Source: an uncultured Rhodanobacteraceae bacterium
Lineage (GTDB): Bacteria; Pseudomonadota; Gammaproteobacteria; Xanthomonadales; SZUA-5
DNA length: 64,000 bases
NCBI GenBank assembly: GCA_937928755.1
Contig: CALEZI010000127.1
Span: 36,098-100,097 of the forward strand
Reading direction: 5' to 3'
The notes beneath the pieces were generated by a model that was not told the origin of the DNA, did not search any database, and saw only the letters and a list, made by a program, of their open reading frames with translations. Shown piece after piece: positions 61,304-64,000 of the stretch. Every line of letters begins with the position of its first letter. Position 1 is the first letter of the stretch. Both the position numbers and the translations under genes were made by a program.

Positions 61304-62656
61304 CTATTTCCCATCGCGTTCACGGAGCTTTGCTTCGGCCTTTTCGCGAGCACGGCGAAACAGCCATCTGGCGACAATGTGTACCAGCAGACCGGCGGCC
61401 ATGCCGGCGACAACCAGCAGCAGCAGGTAGTCGAACAGTTTGATGCGGGTGCTGCCGAGCACATAGAAACCTTTCACGGCGTCGATCGAGAACAGCGAGT
61501 TGAGGACTTCGCTGCGGACTTCATGACGCAACGGTCGGCCGTCAGGCCCAGCCATGCTCAGGACCACGGTCTGGAAGGGTTCTGCGCCAGACTGGTGACA
61601 AAGTTTGCAGTCGCTGATTGCTTCGGACTTGGCCGCCAACTGGTGCGCCTGAACGCCAGAAGTGACCTCAAGGCGCCCGCGGACGACGGTCTTGCTCTCG
61701 CCGGCTTCCTCAGTGAATTCTTTCAACAGGCTCAGAAGTTCGCGGTCGCCCAGTCCGGTTCCGTCGGCATCGGCTGCCCTGGCACTCTTGACGAATTGCG
61801 GCACGCCGGTCTTCTCCAGCATCTGCTTCTGGTCTTTGCCGGTGCCCTCATACAGTCGCAGGTTGACTCTGCGCTCCGCGGTCGGTGCGTGGCAAACCGG
61901 GCAGGAGATCGCCTCGAAATGGCGTTCGCTGTTGGGTAGCCAGACCTTGTGCTTTTCGGCGGCGTCCTCGTGACAGTCGAGACAGGTATCCCGGATGCCA
62001 CTGCCCAGGGACGCTGCCTTCACGCCGTGCGCCTGGTGGCAGCCCGAGCAGACCGGCGCCTTGCTGTCCTTGTCTGCCTGCGCCAGACCGTGCACGTCTT
62101 TTGCCGATGCTTCGAAGATGGCTTCGTGGCACTTGCCGCACGGCATCGCGGCTTCGGGTTCGGCAAGTTCCCACGAGGTCACCGTGTGGGGGTTGTGGCA
62201 ATCCGCGCACATCGGCGCCTTTTCGTTGCCTTGCGCGATCAGCAGCGCGTGTACGCTGTCATCGTATTCGCGATACTTCTTCTTGTGGCAGTCGCGACAC
62301 GAGTCGCCCATCGAAACGCCGAGTTCGCGCTTGCTGGTGATGGTCGACTGACCCTGACCATGGTCTTCGATGTCGATTTCGTAGTGGCAGTCGGTGCAAC
62401 TGTTTTCGTTGTGCATCGAACCAAGGAAGGCTTCGGTCGAGATGTGCAATGACAGGGTCTCGCCACTTTCCAGCTTGGTCGAAAGCTTTGGATCGTCGTG
62501 GCACTCGAGACACGCAAGATCCTCTTCAGCGAGTTCGATCTCGTCTTCGGCGTCTTCGTCTTGCGCCAACGCCAGCATGGGGGCTGAGATCAGCAAAGCG
62601 AGTACGCCAGCCAACAGCCAGTTCCAGGGTCGCGATGCAGGAGAGGGCGTATTCAT
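61304..62656 (-). CDS. Nonahaem c-type cytochrome with signal peptide and single C-terminal TM anchor
   Basis: Nine CXXCH motifs (CLECH, CTDCH, CRDCH, CADCH, CGKCH, CSGCH, CLDCH, CPVCH, CKLCH). Signal WNWLLAGVLALLISAPMLALA. C-terminal helix LFDYLLLLVVAGMAAGLLVHIVARWLF followed by basic residues. Confidence 0.85.
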   Translation of the reverse strand: MNTPSPASRPWNWLLAGVLALLISAPMLALAQDEDAEDEIELAEEDLACLECHDDPKLSTKLESGETLSLHISTEAFLGSMHNENSCTDCHYEIDIEDHGQGQSTITSKRELGVSMGDSCRDCHKKKYREYDDSVHALLIAQGNEKAPMCADCHNPHTVTSWELAEPEAAMPCGKCHEAIFEASAKDVHGLAQADKDSKAPVCSGCHQAHGVKAASLGSGIRDTCLDCHEDAAEKHKVWLPNSERHFEAISCPVCHAPTAERRVNLRLYEGTGKDQKQMLEKTGVPQFVKSARAADADGTGLGDRELLSLLKEFTEEAGESKTVVRGRLEVTSGVQAHQLAAKSEAISDCKLCHQSGAEPFQTVVLSMAGPDGRPLRHEVRSEVLNSLFSIDAVKGFYVLGSTRIKLFDYLLLLVVAGMAAGLLVHIVARWLFRRAREKAEAKLRERDGK

Positions 62657-62782
62657 CGACGATTCCAGATAGTGGGTTTGTTTTGCTGCAGTCCAGCGGC
62701 ACTGCTGCGTCGAACTTGCTGCCGATCATCCACTGCAACCCGCGCCAGACACGGACTGTGCGGGAACCGTGAAGGCCGCATG

Positions 62783-62796
62783 TTGAGCATAGTCAA
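62783..62796. promoter_or_regulatory. FNR/CRP-family-type box TTGAGCATAGTCAA in the divergent region between the nonahaem cytochrome and the MenA-like gene
   Basis: TTGAG-N4-GTCAA, 127 bp upstream of ATG 62656 (minus) and 162 bp upstream of ATG 62958 (plus). Confidence 0.45.
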
Positions 62797-62957
62797 GAAC
62801 GGCATTGCGCGGAAACACCATGACCTGTCGGAAAGAGACCGTCGCGACGTGCCCGCGATGCGTCGTTGCGGCATCATTCGCCGATCCGCGCCGCGGCGCC
62901 GGGACCGCGCCGCAAGGAACCAGTCCATACTGCAACTGATCTGAGTCGGGAGCCGAG

Positions 62958-63923
62958 ATGACCGCGCAACTCGTCGCTCCCGGCGTCTCTGGTCTGCAGG
63001 GCGAACCAAATGCGGATGCGCTGCGCAATCCGCTGCGGCGCTACTTCCTGGCTACTCGACCGCCATTCGTGACGCTTACACTGGTCGGTTGCCTGCTGGG
63101 CATCGCGACCGCACACGCCGACGGCATTTCGATCAACCTATTGACGGCGGTTGCCACGGTCATGCTGGGCGTAACCCTGAACGCCGCAGTCAACGTCCAC
63201 AACGACTATTGCGATCACATGAATGGCACCGACGCGTTGAACACCGCGCGCGTCTTTCCGTTCACCGGGGGCTCGCGCTTCATCCAGAACGGTGTGCTGA
63301 CGCCGCGCGCCACCTTGCTGTTCGCACGCGCCTTGTTCGCGCTCACCATCGCCGGCGGACTCGCACTCTGCGCTTGGGTGGGATCCGGATTGCTCTGGAT
63401 CGGACTCTGGGGCGTGTTCGTGGGCTGGGCTTACTCGGCGCCGCCACTGCAAATGAACAGCCGCGGACTCGGGGAAATCTGTGTCGCATTGACCTTCGCA
63501 CTGGTCGTGGTTGGCGCCGATTTCGTTCAGCGCGGCAGTCTCGGCGCCACTCCGATCTGGGCCAGTGTCGGATACGCGTTGTTGACCACCAATGTCCTCT
63601 ACATCAATCAGTTTCCTGATCGCGACGCCGACCTGGCGGCGGGCAAGCGTCACTGGGTCGCGCGCATGCCGGTGTCGCAGGCGCGTTGGGGATATCTCAT
63701 CATCGTGGTCCTTGGCTTGCTGGCGATGGCGCTGCCGGTGTTGCTCGGCGCGCTTCCGCCCGGCGCAGCGCTGGGCATGATCGCACTCGTGCCTGCGGCA
63801 ACTGCGGCAGTCGGCCTGTTGCGTTTCGCGACCATGCCAAAGCAGCTGGCGCCGGCGATCAAGATGACCATCGCCGCGGCACACATCGCGGCGGTCGCGA
63901 TGAGCGTCGGATTGTGGCTGTGA
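62958..63923 (+). CDS. UbiA-superfamily prenyltransferase, MenA-like (1,4-dihydroxy-2-naphthoate polyprenyltransferase-type motifs)
   Basis: 321 aa, ~8-9 TM. NVHNDYCDHMNGTDA (NDYxDxxxGxD) and YINQFPDRDADLAAGKRHWV (second Asp-rich motif), which resemble E. coli MenA NLANDYGDAVKGSD / NINNLRDINSDRENGKNTL. Confidence 0.7.
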   Translation: MTAQLVAPGVSGLQGEPNADALRNPLRRYFLATRPPFVTLTLVGCLLGIATAHADGISINLLTAVATVMLGVTLNAAVNVHNDYCDHMNGTDALNTARVFPFTGGSRFIQNGVLTPRATLLFARALFALTIAGGLALCAWVGSGLLWIGLWGVFVGWAYSAPPLQMNSRGLGEICVALTFALVVVGADFVQRGSLGATPIWASVGYALLTTNVLYINQFPDRDADLAAGKRHWVARMPVSQARWGYLIIVVLGLLAMALPVLLGALPPGAALGMIALVPAATAAVGLLRFATMPKQLAPAIKMTIAAAHIAAVAMSVGLWL

Positions 63924-64000
63924 CGGCCGCCGCCAGAGCCGACGGCCGGATCGACTCCTGATGCTGCCGGCAGCGCAAATGGAAGTCCGGCAAAGCGTAT

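Overview
High-GC (about 70% by spot counts) gammaproteobacterial chromosome segment. The gene content looks Xanthomonadales/Lysobacterales-like (inference): an rpoN-hpf-ptsN-hprK-rapZ-EIIA(Man)-HPr-EI cluster and an Oar-like TonB-dependent receptor. Most of the window is ordinary, densely packed core genes: a partial AbgT transporter, an HD-GYP protein, mgtE, and a complete seven-gene Wsp-like chemosensory operon ending in a REC-GGDEF cyclase. These are followed by an acyl-CoA dehydrogenase, an S9 peptidase, an amidase, YegP/AlkB/DUF192, a ten-gene non-canonical Mrp-like antiporter cluster, yajC-secDF, the PTS-Ntr cluster, grxD, ppnN, tRNA-Asn, an SLC13 permease and a Ser/Thr kinase. Many long ORFs in the supplied track are antisense shadows or 5' extensions typical of GC-rich DNA. 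Two leads stand out. (1) 26588..28765 encodes a protein with a lipoprotein signal whose last ~148 aa are a type IVa major-pilin domain. That domain lacks the prepilin leader, the cleavage site and Glu5. (2) 55.7-62.7 kb is a lower-GC block encoding a full multihaem electron conduit. It has a nonahaem c cytochrome plus a b561/HydC-type cytochrome (arranged like a split Geobacter CbcL), a monohaem c551-like protein with its Met-ligand loop replaced, and a decahaem MtrA/DmsE-like protein. It ends in a cysteine-free MtrB/PioB-like porin. Each of its three transcription units has an FNR-type TTGA-N6-TCAA box upstream, and a MenA-like prenyltransferase sits next to the block. The window also holds two interspersed repeat families (a paired REP hairpin family including a 6 x 45-bp tandem array, and a MITE-like element with 31-bp perfect inverted termini). 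All functional calls come from reading the translations by eye; no searches were run.
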